DNA of 29,799 bases. It comes from Nitrospirota bacterium. Its GTDB lineage: Bacteria; Nitrospirota; Thermodesulfovibrionia; Thermodesulfovibrionales; JdFR-86. Under the pieces are notes generated by a model. It had not been told where the DNA came from and made no database searches. It was given only the letters and a program-made list of their open reading frames with translations. Location of the stretch: the NCBI GenBank assembly GCA_030667205.1, contig DAOUWH010000001.1, forward strand, positions 1 through 29,799, given 5' to 3'. Below are positions 1-8,183 of this stretch, piece by piece. Every line of letters starts with the position of its first letter. Position 1 is the stretch's first letter. Made by a program: the position numbers and the translations under genes.

Positions 1-88
1 CGGACACTGCCTCGAAGGCTGACGCCGGCAGCGCAAGAAAAGATATTGCCAGAATTACTATAACGGTCGCACGGGCCATGTTCGTCAT
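1..88 (-). CDS. N-terminus of a secreted/periplasmic protein (partial, runs off the window; not in the ORF track)
   Basis: Manual translation from ATG 88 gives MTNMARATVIVILAISFLALPASA-FEAVS: basic/hydrophobic/A-x-A Sec signal peptide. AGGGA lies 9 nt upstream; no stop before the window edge. Confidence 0.7.
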   Translation of the reverse strand, partial: MTNMARATVIVILAISFLALPASAFEAVS

Positions 89-140
89 CTGTTTTCGTCC
101 CTGATTTCGGCAGCATACAATTGGAAAATGTCGCTTTAGA

Positions 141-149
141 ATTTTAACA
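141..149 (-). promoter_or_regulatory. Candidate extended -10 (TG-T-TAAAAT) for the gene starting at 88
   Basis: Minus strand reads TCTGTTAAAATTC in the intergenic region 89-208; no convincing -35. Confidence 0.3.
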
Positions 150-208
150 GATAGAGCGGGGTTTTACATAGTAAAGAGGGCTGAGAAAGCACCTCCCCGG
201 GCTTCCGG

Positions 209-1753
209 TCAAAGCCCCTTGCCCTCCAAAAACTCCCGTACGACCTCGGCGACTTCCCGTTTTTTCTGGTCGGCCTCGAAGTTCAAAAGCTGCATGGTCC
301 TGTCGTCTATAAGCCCCGAAAGCTGGGCCAGGGCCGCGCCCACCTCGGGGAATTCCTCAAGCACCCCCGCGCGGAGCACCGGCGCGGCGTGGTAGGGCGG
401 GAAGAACGATTTATCGTCCTCAAGGATGCTAAGGCGGTAGCCGGGGATGCGGCTGTCTGTGGAGAAGGCGATGATTATGTCCACCTGACCTTTTTTAAGG
501 GCGTCGTACATCAGGGAGGGGTCGAGGTCCAGGACCTTTCCGAACTCGATGCCATATGCTCGCCTGAACCCCGGATACCCGTCGGGCCGCTCCGAAAACT
601 CCGACGTAAATCCCGCCTTCATCGAAGGCGCGTGGTCCCTTAGGTCGCTGACCCTGCGCAGGCCGGACTTCTCCGCCGCTTCCTCTGTAACGGCAAAGGC
701 GTATGTGTTGTTAAACCCGAAGGGTTTTAACCAGCGAAGATCGAACCGTTTCAGGTATTCGCGTGAGACGAGGGCGTAGACCTCGTCGGGGTCCGTGGGC
801 CGTGTCTCGCTCTTGAGTATCGCGGTCAGGGCCGTGCCCGTGTACTCGGGGTACATGTCTATCTCGCCCTTTGCGAGCGCCTCGTGGCAGACCATCGTGC
901 CGCCGAGGTTGAAACGTCTCTCAACGCTGAGGCCCGTGGCCTCAATTCTCTGGGCCAGCATCTCGGCAAGGATAAGCTGCTCGGTGAAATTCTTGCTGCC
1001 GATTTTTACGGCCCCCTTCGGCCCGGCCTGCCAGAGCGTGCCAGCACCACCGATTAGAAACAAGACCGCGAGGGGCGCCAGCGACAGTAACAGGCCCGGC
1101 CTGCCGGACAGGGCCCCGAGGTTCTTCCTTCTTCTTTCGTTAAGACCCCACTCCACAGAGGATATCGCGAAGCTCACGTACAGGGCGAGCATCGCCGAGG
1201 GCACTGCGCCCAGCAGTATGAGTCTCGTGTCGGCAAGCGACAGGCCGCGGTTGATGAACTCTCCAAGGCCGCCCGCCCCGATAAATGCCGAGAGCGTGGC
1301 TATGCCCACGCTTATTACGGCAGCGGTCTTTATGCCCGCCATTATCACCGGCCTTGCAAGCGGCAGCTTCACAAGCCGCATCTCCTGTCTCGGGGTCATG
1401 CCCATGCCCTCTGCGGCCTCAAGGATGTCGGGCGAGACGCCCTCAAGCCCGGTCACGGTGTTCTGGATTATCGGAAGTAACGCATAGAGCGTAAGGGCGA
1501 TTATCGCCGGCACCACGCCTATCTTCCCTATGAGGGCAAGCAGGAAGGCAAGCATCGCCAGACTCGGCACGGTCTGCACTACCCCCACCAGTCCGAACGT
1601 AAAGGGCCTGAGCCAGAGCCGATGCGAGATATAAATGCCAAGCGGGATTCCAACCAGCACCGCCACCCCTGTGGAGACCCCGGTAAGGAGCAGGTGCTCC
1701 CTTGTGCGTAGCAGCAACTCGGGGAGACGCTCTGTGATGAACTCAACCGGCAT
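209..1753 (-). CDS. Glycine betaine/choline/carnitine-type ABC transporter, fused permease + substrate-binding protein (OpuBB/OpuBC-like)
   Basis: N-terminal TM domain with TVPSLA and EAA loop (EAAEGMGMT...VKLPLA). C-terminal OpuAC-type binding domain with GSKNFTEQ, YPEYTGT, GFNNTYA, RPDGY, FSTD, LEDDKSFFPPY. Confidence 0.93.
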   Translation of the reverse strand: MPVEFITERLPELLLRTREHLLLTGVSTGVAVLVGIPLGIYISHRLWLRPFTFGLVGVVQTVPSLAMLAFLLALIGKIGVVPAIIALTLYALLPIIQNTVTGLEGVSPDILEAAEGMGMTPRQEMRLVKLPLARPVIMAGIKTAAVISVGIATLSAFIGAGGLGEFINRGLSLADTRLILLGAVPSAMLALYVSFAISSVEWGLNERRRKNLGALSGRPGLLLSLAPLAVLFLIGGAGTLWQAGPKGAVKIGSKNFTEQLILAEMLAQRIEATGLSVERRFNLGGTMVCHEALAKGEIDMYPEYTGTALTAILKSETRPTDPDEVYALVSREYLKRFDLRWLKPFGFNNTYAFAVTEEAAEKSGLRRVSDLRDHAPSMKAGFTSEFSERPDGYPGFRRAYGIEFGKVLDLDPSLMYDALKKGQVDIIIAFSTDSRIPGYRLSILEDDKSFFPPYHAAPVLRAGVLEEFPEVGAALAQLSGLIDDRTMQLLNFEADQKKREVAEVVREFLEGKGL

Positions 1754-2514
1754 CAGTGGGCCTCCTTAAAGTCCTTAAGCTGCTCTATCGGTCTCAGAAG
1801 AAGGTCCTTGACGAACTCGGTCTTCGGGGCCGAGATTATCTCTTCTTTTGTGCCTATCTGCTGTAGCCGGCCTTCGTGGAGCACGGCGATGCGGTCGGCC
1901 AGGGTGAAGGCCTCGAAGATGTCGTGCGTTACGAATACGATGGTCTTCTTAATCGTCTGCTTGAGTTTTAAAAGCTCTTGCTGAAGCACGTTCCTTGTTA
2001 CGGCGTCCAGTGCGCCGAAGGGCTCGTCCATAAGGAGTATGGCGGGGTCCGCCGCCAGAGCCCTTGCCACCCCGGCCCGTTGCTGCTGGCCGCCGGAGAG
2101 CTCGTCGGGGTATCTGGGGCCGAAGGTCTCGGGCTCAAGCCCCACCATATCGAGCACCTCACCGGTCCTGTCCCTCTTCTTATCCTCGGGCCAGCCCTTG
2201 AGCCTCAGGACCACCGAGACGTTGTCGGCGATGCTCATGTGGGGGAAGAGCCCTATGCCCTGTATGGCATACCCTATGGAGCGCCGCACTTCAATGGGGT
2301 CTTGCCCGAGGATATCCTTCCCGTTAATCCTTATGACCCCGGATGAGGGCTCGATGAGGCGGTTTATCATCTTCAGGATGGTGGTCTTCCCACACCCCGA
2401 GGAGCCCAGCAGCACCAGGGTCTCGCCGTCGAGCACCTCGAAGGACACCCCACGCACGGCATGGGTGCCGTTAAAATGCTTCCGGACATCTATCAGTTCT
2501 ATCGCCTTTTCCAT
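1753..2514 (-). CDS. Osmoprotectant ABC transporter ATP-binding subunit (OpuBA/ProV-like, no CBS domains)
   Basis: Walker A GSSGCGKT, Q-loop YAIQGIGLFPH, signature LSGGQQQR, Walker B LLMDEPFGALD, H-loop FVTHD. TGATG stop/start coupling to the permease. Confidence 0.95.
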   Translation of the reverse strand: MEKAIELIDVRKHFNGTHAVRGVSFEVLDGETLVLLGSSGCGKTTILKMINRLIEPSSGVIRINGKDILGQDPIEVRRSIGYAIQGIGLFPHMSIADNVSVVLRLKGWPEDKKRDRTGEVLDMVGLEPETFGPRYPDELSGGQQQRAGVARALAADPAILLMDEPFGALDAVTRNVLQQELLKLKQTIKKTIVFVTHDIFEAFTLADRIAVLHEGRLQQIGTKEEIISAPKTEFVKDLLLRPIEQLKDFKEAH

Positions 2515-2543
2515 CGCGCTTCCGGGTTTTCTTGATTTTCAAC

Positions 2544-2573
2544 AGTTTATCAGAATACCCCGCCCCCTGCCAA
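2544..2573 (-). promoter_or_regulatory. Candidate sigma70 promoter of the ABC operon
   Basis: Minus strand TTGGCA-N18-TAAACT with TG extension (TG-A-TAAACT), about 30 nt upstream of ATG 2514. Confidence 0.45.
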
Positions 2574-2721
2574 GGGTAAAAATCCGGCCTGTACCGGACT
2601 TCCGGAGTCTCCACCGCCGTTTAGAGCAGGCCGTTTGCCGCTGAGAGGGCGGTCTCGGCCACAATGCTTTCCCGCATAAAAGTGTAATAATATCAATAGC
2701 TTAGAAGGATTATATTAGATA

Positions 2722-2730
2722 TGGTATAAT
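2722..2730 (+). promoter_or_regulatory. Candidate extended -10 promoter of the methyltransferase operon
   Basis: TG-G-TATAAT, a perfect extended -10, in an AT-rich intergenic region. It would imply a 5' leader of about 230 nt. Confidence 0.5.
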
Positions 2731-2802
2731 ACGGGACTTTTCCAGCTTATTAGTTATTAACGGGCGCACCAGTAAAAGGGGGAATACTAGATTAAAAAAC
2801 TT

Positions 2803-2827
2803 TGCGTTTATAAGTACTTATGACGCA
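2803..2827. promoter_or_regulatory. Palindrome, candidate operator or hairpin
   Basis: TGCGT-TT-ATAAGTACTTAT-G-ACGCA; perfect 12-bp core at 2810-2821. Confidence 0.4.
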
Positions 2828-2966
2828 TAACTACCAAAAAATTTCCTGAAGTTCCTGAATCTTTAAGACACCGCCCAAGTTGATGCCGTTTGTTATAGGT
2901 TGTTGATGGCTATTTGTCTATTTTGGGGGCAAAGGGACAAAAAGCAGGTCTTAAAGCGAAATTCGG

Positions 2967-3650
2967 TTGAAGGTTTTCGAGAACATAAGGCTTGATATCA
3001 AAAAGGACGATGTCTTCCGGTTGCTCGGCAAGAAGAGAAACGGGAGGTTTCATGTCAGGACCGAAAAGCGCCTGGATGAATTTATAGACAGGGCCCGCAA
3101 CATAGTAAAGCCGAAAATCGTTTACAGCACAAGAAGAATAAACAAGGTAGAAAAACATACCATAACCATCCAGGGGGGCGTGTCCTTCCGAAGCGGGCGG
3201 CTCTCGAAGTCCATTGGCAAGTGCGACAGGGTTGCCGTCTTCCTGGCCACCGTGGGGAAGAAGCTCGACGACATGATCCACTCCCTCATGAAGCAGAGGA
3301 AGATGGCCGACGCCTATATGTTCGACGCGATCGGCTCCGCGGCCGTCGAGGAGACGGTGGAGAGTTTTCAGAGGGGTTTTGATTCGCTCGCCGAAAAATC
3401 CAATGAGCGAAGCACTCTAAGGTTCAGCCCCGGGTACTGCGACTGGCGGATTCAGGAGCAGGAAAAACTCTTCAGCGTCGTGGACAGCGAGCTTGTGGGT
3501 GTCCAGCTTAGCCCGGGTTGCCTCATGACACCGAGGAAATCCGTCTCCGGCGTCTTCGGCATCGGGAGCGTGGATGATGTCGACAAGAGAAGGAACAACC
3601 CATGCGAACAGTGCAACATGCACTCATGCATAGCGAGGCGCGTATCGTAA
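2967..3650 (+). CDS. Stand-alone vitamin B12-dependent methionine synthase activation (reactivation) domain protein
   Basis: AVFLATVG, DAIGSAAVE, RFSPGYCDW...Q..LF, GVQLSPGCLMTPRKSVSGVFG, and C-terminal CEQCNMHSC. TTG start with weak RBS, so the start is uncertain. Confidence 0.85.
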   Translation: MKVFENIRLDIKKDDVFRLLGKKRNGRFHVRTEKRLDEFIDRARNIVKPKIVYSTRRINKVEKHTITIQGGVSFRSGRLSKSIGKCDRVAVFLATVGKKLDDMIHSLMKQRKMADAYMFDAIGSAAVEETVESFQRGFDSLAEKSNERSTLRFSPGYCDWRIQEQEKLFSVVDSELVGVQLSPGCLMTPRKSVSGVFGIGSVDDVDKRRNNPCEQCNMHSCIARRVS

Positions 3651-5128
3651 ATAGAAGCGGCATTAAGGCATTAAGTGAGCTAAAGGGGCTGGTGGGCGGC
3701 GCTTACAGGCCCCTTGGCAAGGACGACATAGAGGCCATCCATGAGACCTCGATGAGGGTCTTGTCCGAGGTCGGCATCAGGGTTAAGAACGCAGAGGCCC
3801 TGGAGCTTTTCGCCTCAGCCGGCGCGACCGTTGACCGCGAAAAAAACCTCGTGCGTATCGAGCCGGAGATGGTCATGGACCTGGTCTCAAAGGCCCCGCA
3901 TACCATTGGCCTTTACGGCCAGAGGCCCGAGCATACCCTTGAGGTCGGAGGCGAAAGGGTATACACAGGCACGGGGGGCACGGCCCTCTATGTGCTGGAG
4001 CCCGGCAGCGACGAGAAAAGGCGCGCCAGGCTCTCGGACCTCAGGGACATGGCAAGGCTTGTCGATGCCCTCGATAACATAGACTTCTTCATGCTCCCCG
4101 TCTTCCCCAGCGACGTCTCCGAAGAACACGTGGACGTAAACAGGTTCGGCACTGCCCTTACATACACCGGCAAGCACGTCACCGGCGGGGTGTACACGGC
4201 CGACGGGGTCAGGAATGTAATCCGGATGGCCGAGATAATCGCGGGCTCAAGATATGCCCTGATAGAGAAACCACTGATATCGATGGTGACCTGCTGCGGC
4301 ATTAGCCCCTTCGTGCTGGACGACCATTACAGCGCGCTTGCGCTGGAGGTCGCAAGGGCGGGGATACCCGTTATCACGCCGGTTGAGCCCCTGTGCGGCA
4401 CGACCGCGCCCATCACCCTGGCGGGCAACCTCGTCGTGCAGAACGTCGATACGCTTGCCGGGGTAATGCTCACTCAGTTGGCGAACCCCGGCACGCCCGT
4501 GATGTATGGCTGCATATCGAGCATCTCGGACATGAAGGACATGAAATACCTCAGCGGGGCGGTCGAGATGGGCATCATGAACGCCGCCGCATCGCAGTTG
4601 GCAAACTACTACGACCTTCCCATTTACGCGACCGCGGGGATGTCGGACTCAAAGACACTGGACGCGCAGGCGGGGGTGGAGTCTGCCATGACAAGCTTGC
4701 TTGTGGCCCTTGCCGGGGGCAATTTCATCCACGACGCCGCAGGCCTCCTGGAGTTCTGCCTCTGCGCGAGCCTCGAGAAATGCGTCATGGACGACGAGAT
4801 ACTCGGCATGGTAAAGCGCGCCCTCCAGGGCGTAAAGATCACCCCCGAGACACTTGCCTTCGACCTCCTGAAACAGGTCGGCCCCGGCGGGCATTACGTC
4901 ACATCAAGACATACCCGGAAGCACATGCGGGAAGAGCAGTACTTCCCTCGCCTGTGCGACCGCCAAACCCGTGAGGAGTGGCTCAAAAGCGGTGCTCTGG
5001 ACGCAAGACAGAGGGCCAGGCGGAAGGTCGAGGAGATACTCGGCAGGTCCGCAGACCCGGTCCTCCCCGAAGAGACAAGACGGACCTTAAGGAGGGAAAT
5101 AGAGGGGCTGGACACCGCCCTTATATGA
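3602..5128 (+). CDS. Trimethylamine methyltransferase (MttB/MtgB) superfamily MT1, non-pyrrolysine, paralog 1
   Basis: GGAYRPL...IHETSMRVLSEVG, TAPITLAGNLV, PGTPVMYG, GAVE, YATAGMSDSK.LDAQAG.E, ALAGGNFIHDAAGLLE, VGPGGHY. No in-frame TAG. ATG 3602 has AAGGA 7 nt upstream but overlaps the upstream gene by 49 nt; start uncertain. Confidence 0.92.
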   Translation: MRTVQHALMHSEARIVNRSGIKALSELKGLVGGAYRPLGKDDIEAIHETSMRVLSEVGIRVKNAEALELFASAGATVDREKNLVRIEPEMVMDLVSKAPHTIGLYGQRPEHTLEVGGERVYTGTGGTALYVLEPGSDEKRRARLSDLRDMARLVDALDNIDFFMLPVFPSDVSEEHVDVNRFGTALTYTGKHVTGGVYTADGVRNVIRMAEIIAGSRYALIEKPLISMVTCCGISPFVLDDHYSALALEVARAGIPVITPVEPLCGTTAPITLAGNLVVQNVDTLAGVMLTQLANPGTPVMYGCISSISDMKDMKYLSGAVEMGIMNAAASQLANYYDLPIYATAGMSDSKTLDAQAGVESAMTSLLVALAGGNFIHDAAGLLEFCLCASLEKCVMDDEILGMVKRALQGVKITPETLAFDLLKQVGPGGHYVTSRHTRKHMREEQYFPRLCDRQTREEWLKSGALDARQRARRKVEEILGRSADPVLPEETRRTLRREIEGLDTALI

Positions 5129-5934
5129 TGATAATAATCGGCGAAAATATAAACGCAAGCATCCCCAGGATAAAAAAGATGATCCTGGAGCATGACGAAG
5201 AGGCCCTGGGCGACCTTGCCGAAGAGCAGGAGAAAGCCGGGGCTTCGTTCATTGACGTCAACGTCGGCACCGGCGAAGGCACGGCCGAGGACGAGGTCAG
5301 GGACATGAAGTGGCTTGTGGGGCTCCTCAAGGACAGGGCAAAGGGCAAGCTGTGCATTGACAGCGCCGACCACAAGGTACTCAAGGCAGGCCTTGAGGCC
5401 GCAGGCGATAGGGCCGGGTTGGTAAACTCGGTCAAGGCCACGGAGAAAAACATGGCCGAGGTGCTGCCCCTTGTCTCTGAGTTCGGCGTCCCGGTAATTG
5501 CCCTCGCAATGGACGAGGGGGGAATCCCCGGAGACGTGCAGGGCCGCCTGAAGGCATGCGAGAAGGTCTTACAGGCCACCAGCCAGTACGGCATTGCGGA
5601 GGAAAGCATATTTTTCGACCCCCTTGTAATGCCCGTCAGCACTGATGCCTCGCAGGGCATGGTTACGCTTGAGACCCTCCGCGGGATAAAGGAAAATTTC
5701 CCCGGGGCAAAGACAGTGCTTGCGCTTAGCAATGTCTCGTTCGGTCTGCCGCGGCGTTCCCTCGTCAACAGGACGATGCTGAACATGGCGATGTTCCTCT
5801 CGGTCGACGCCCTTATCGCAAATCCCCTTGACGCAGGGCTCATGGGTGCGGTTAAGGCCGGCAACGTGGTCCTCGGCAAGGACCGCCATTGCAGGGCATA
5901 CACCCGCGCCGTAAGACAGGGGGCCATGGGATGA
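5125..5934 (+). CDS. Pterin-binding methyltetrahydrofolate:corrinoid methyltransferase (MT2, AcsE/MtgA-like, DHPS fold)
   Basis: IIGENINAS, FIDVNVG, LCIDS, GLVNSV, IALAMDEGGIP, FFDPLVMPV, LSNVSFGLP.R. Start moved from 4978 to ATG 5125 (ATGA overlap with the MttB1 stop). Confidence 0.9.
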   Translation: MMIIIGENINASIPRIKKMILEHDEEALGDLAEEQEKAGASFIDVNVGTGEGTAEDEVRDMKWLVGLLKDRAKGKLCIDSADHKVLKAGLEAAGDRAGLVNSVKATEKNMAEVLPLVSEFGVPVIALAMDEGGIPGDVQGRLKACEKVLQATSQYGIAEESIFFDPLVMPVSTDASQGMVTLETLRGIKENFPGAKTVLALSNVSFGLPRRSLVNRTMLNMAMFLSVDALIANPLDAGLMGAVKAGNVVLGKDRHCRAYTRAVRQGAMG

Positions 5935-7487
5935 CACAGGCGGCCGGGAAATTCCGGGAAGGCGTCGTAGTAAGGAAGCCTTTCGAGAGGCTCCTTTCCG
6001 AAGAGATAAGGGTGCTCGATGCGGCCTCCACAACCATACTTGAGAGGACGGGCATATTGTGCTTCAACGAAGAGGCGGTAGGGATATTCAGCGACCACAA
6101 GTGCGACGTACAAAGACACGACGAGCGCACCTATAAGGTAAAGATTCCCGCCCGTGTATTGAAGGACGCAATATCCGCGGCACCAACGAGGGTAAAGCTC
6201 GGGGCCCGGAACCCCGAAAACTCCCTCCTTCTGGATTCGGAAGTGCCGCGCATCTATTTCGGCAGCGGCTCGGAGACGAACATATGGCTTGATGCCGCGA
6301 TAGAGACCTTTAAAAGCGAACAAGACCCCGGCATCAAAAGAAGGCTTCCCGTCTTCACCGAAAGGCGCGGCACCGTCGAGAGGCTTTCTACGGCGGCCAG
6401 ACTTGCCGAGGAGCTTGAGCACCTGGACTTCTTCATCAGGCCCGTAAACATACAGGACGAGGACATTAACGAGGACAACCACGACGTAAACAAGTTCTAC
6501 GCCTCCCTGGCCAACACGACCAAGCACGTGCAGGCGGGCCTCACCAGCCTCGAGCAGCTCGACAACGTGCTCCGCATCGCCGAGACAATAGCCGGAGGGA
6601 AAGAGGCTTTAAGGGAAAACCCGGTTATCTCTTTCATAACGTGTACGGTTAAAAGCCCCCTACAGATGGTGGACGACGCCACGCAAAAGCTCATAGAGGT
6701 CGTAAAGCGGGGCATGCCCATAGTTATATCAAGCTCTCCGCAGGGGGGCTCGACCGCACCGATACAGGAGGGCGGGATGGTGGCCCAGATAAATGCCGAG
6801 ATACTCTCGGGCATCGCCCTTTCGCAGATGGTCAGGCCGGGCGCGCCGGTCATTTACGGCAGCGTCCCCGTCAGGGCGAGGATGGACAACCTGCACGACA
6901 TGTACGGGGCCCCCGAATTCAACCAATACAATATAGACTGCATACAGATGGCCAGGCACTACAGGGTGCCCTGTTACTCGACGGCGGGGGTGGGCGACTC
7001 ATCGGTGCCGGGCATGCAGGCCACGATGGAGAAGTTCTTCACGCACCTGCCTATCGCCATGGCCGGGGCGCAATACATACACTATGCCTTCGGGCTGCTG
7101 GAAAGGACAAATATCTTCTGCCCGGTCCAGGCCGTGCTGGACGACCAGCACATAGGGATGATAAAGATGTTCCTCTCGGCGCCGAGACTCGGGGAAGAGG
7201 ATATCGAGGGCGCAATCCGGCAGATAGACAAGGTGATGGACTCAAAGCAGAAGCTCTATGTGCGCTTCGTACGAAAGAGCCTCAGACAGGGCCTCGTATA
7301 TTCGCATTACCCGTTCGAGAGCAACGACGGCGAGGCGGGGGTGATTGAAAAGGCACTCGGACGCATGGAGGAACTCCTTTCAAGGCCCGCCAGGGAGCTT
7401 TTAAGTACGCAGGAGGACGAAATATTCGAGAAGGTACCGGGAATTCTGCCCAGGCTAAAGAGGCAGGGTGACCGTGCTGTTTTATAA
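5931..7487 (+). CDS. MttB-superfamily methyltransferase, non-pyrrolysine, divergent paralog 2
   Basis: ILERTGI, GARNPEN, KSPLQM, STAPIQEGGMVAQINAEILSGIALSQMVRPGAPVIYGS, GAPE, YSTAGVGDS, AMAGAQYIHYAFGLLE. Start moved to ATG 5931 (ATGA overlap). Confidence 0.85.
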   Translation: MTQAAGKFREGVVVRKPFERLLSEEIRVLDAASTTILERTGILCFNEEAVGIFSDHKCDVQRHDERTYKVKIPARVLKDAISAAPTRVKLGARNPENSLLLDSEVPRIYFGSGSETNIWLDAAIETFKSEQDPGIKRRLPVFTERRGTVERLSTAARLAEELEHLDFFIRPVNIQDEDINEDNHDVNKFYASLANTTKHVQAGLTSLEQLDNVLRIAETIAGGKEALRENPVISFITCTVKSPLQMVDDATQKLIEVVKRGMPIVISSSPQGGSTAPIQEGGMVAQINAEILSGIALSQMVRPGAPVIYGSVPVRARMDNLHDMYGAPEFNQYNIDCIQMARHYRVPCYSTAGVGDSSVPGMQATMEKFFTHLPIAMAGAQYIHYAFGLLERTNIFCPVQAVLDDQHIGMIKMFLSAPRLGEEDIEGAIRQIDKVMDSKQKLYVRFVRKSLRQGLVYSHYPFESNDGEAGVIEKALGRMEELLSRPARELLSTQEDEIFEKVPGILPRLKRQGDRAVL

Positions 7488-7499
7488 GGGGAGGATTTT

Positions 7500-8183
7500 A
7501 TGGCTGAAGAGCTTATAGAAAAGATTAAGGCAAACGTCATTCAGGGCAGGGTAAATAGCGAAGACGAAGGTTTTGACGAGGGGTTTGAAGGACAACCCGC
7601 CACCGTGGAACTCGTCCATGAGGCAATAGCCGGCGGGGTGGACGTGCACTCGTTAATCGTCGACGGCCTCACGAGCGGGATGAACGTGGTCGGCGAGAAG
7701 TTCGAAAGCGGCGAGTACCTCATCCCCGACATGCTCGCCTCGGCCGAGGCCGTGGGCGAGGCCATGGACGTCCTCGCTCCTCATCTTCAGAACGCCGGTG
7801 TAAAGAGCAAGGGCAAGGTCGTTATCGCGACGGTCAAGGGCGACCTGCACGACATAGGCAAGAACATCGTGGCAATAATGCTCAAGGGAGCGGGGTTCGA
7901 GATAATCGACCTCGGCACGGACGTCCCGGGCAAGAGGATCCTTGATTCGGTGGGGCAGAACAAGGCGGAGTTCCTGGGCCTCTCGGCTCTCCTGACGACC
8001 ACGATGCGCGAGATGCAGAACATTATCGAGGCCCTCAAGGAAAAGGGCATAAGGCAGGACGTGAAGGTCATGATAGGCGGTGCGCCGACATCGCCGGAGT
8101 TCGCCGGGAAGATAGGGGCCGATGTGCACTGCGCCGATGCCTTCCAGGCGGTCGAGTACGCAAATTCAGTTGCGGAGGCGTAA
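7500..8183 (+). CDS. Cognate corrinoid (B12-binding) protein, MttC/MtgC-like
   Basis: Cap domain GLTSGMNVVGEKFESGEYLIPDML; B12 motif DLHDIG...LSALL...IGGAP; RBS GGAGGA. Confidence 0.95.
   Translation: MAEELIEKIKANVIQGRVNSEDEGFDEGFEGQPATVELVHEAIAGGVDVHSLIVDGLTSGMNVVGEKFESGEYLIPDMLASAEAVGEAMDVLAPHLQNAGVKSKGKVVIATVKGDLHDIGKNIVAIMLKGAGFEIIDLGTDVPGKRILDSVGQNKAEFLGLSALLTTTMREMQNIIEALKEKGIRQDVKVMIGGAPTSPEFAGKIGADVHCADAFQAVEYANSVAEA

Noticed and set aside
2760-2960. Cobalamin or c-di-GMP-I riboswitch in the methyl operon leader
   Set aside because: Only fragments (TAAAAGGGGGAAT; GGCAAAGGGAC) resemble them and the required downstream conserved elements are missing. An Infernal scan would settle it.
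4978-5124. N-terminal extensions from the ORF track (4978, 5889, 22857, 24379, 24905)
   Set aside because: Downstream starts with stop/start coupling or a properly spaced SD fit family N-termini better.
5121-6527. 468-aa minus-strand ORF
   Set aside because: Antisense shadow of the MT2 and MttB2 genes; no recognisable motifs. Long shadow ORFs are expected at high GC.
3602-7487. Pyrrolysine or selenocysteine recoding in the MttB genes
   Set aside because: Both frames are open with Met or Val at the Pyl-equivalent site; no in-frame TAG/TGA and no pyl genes in the window.
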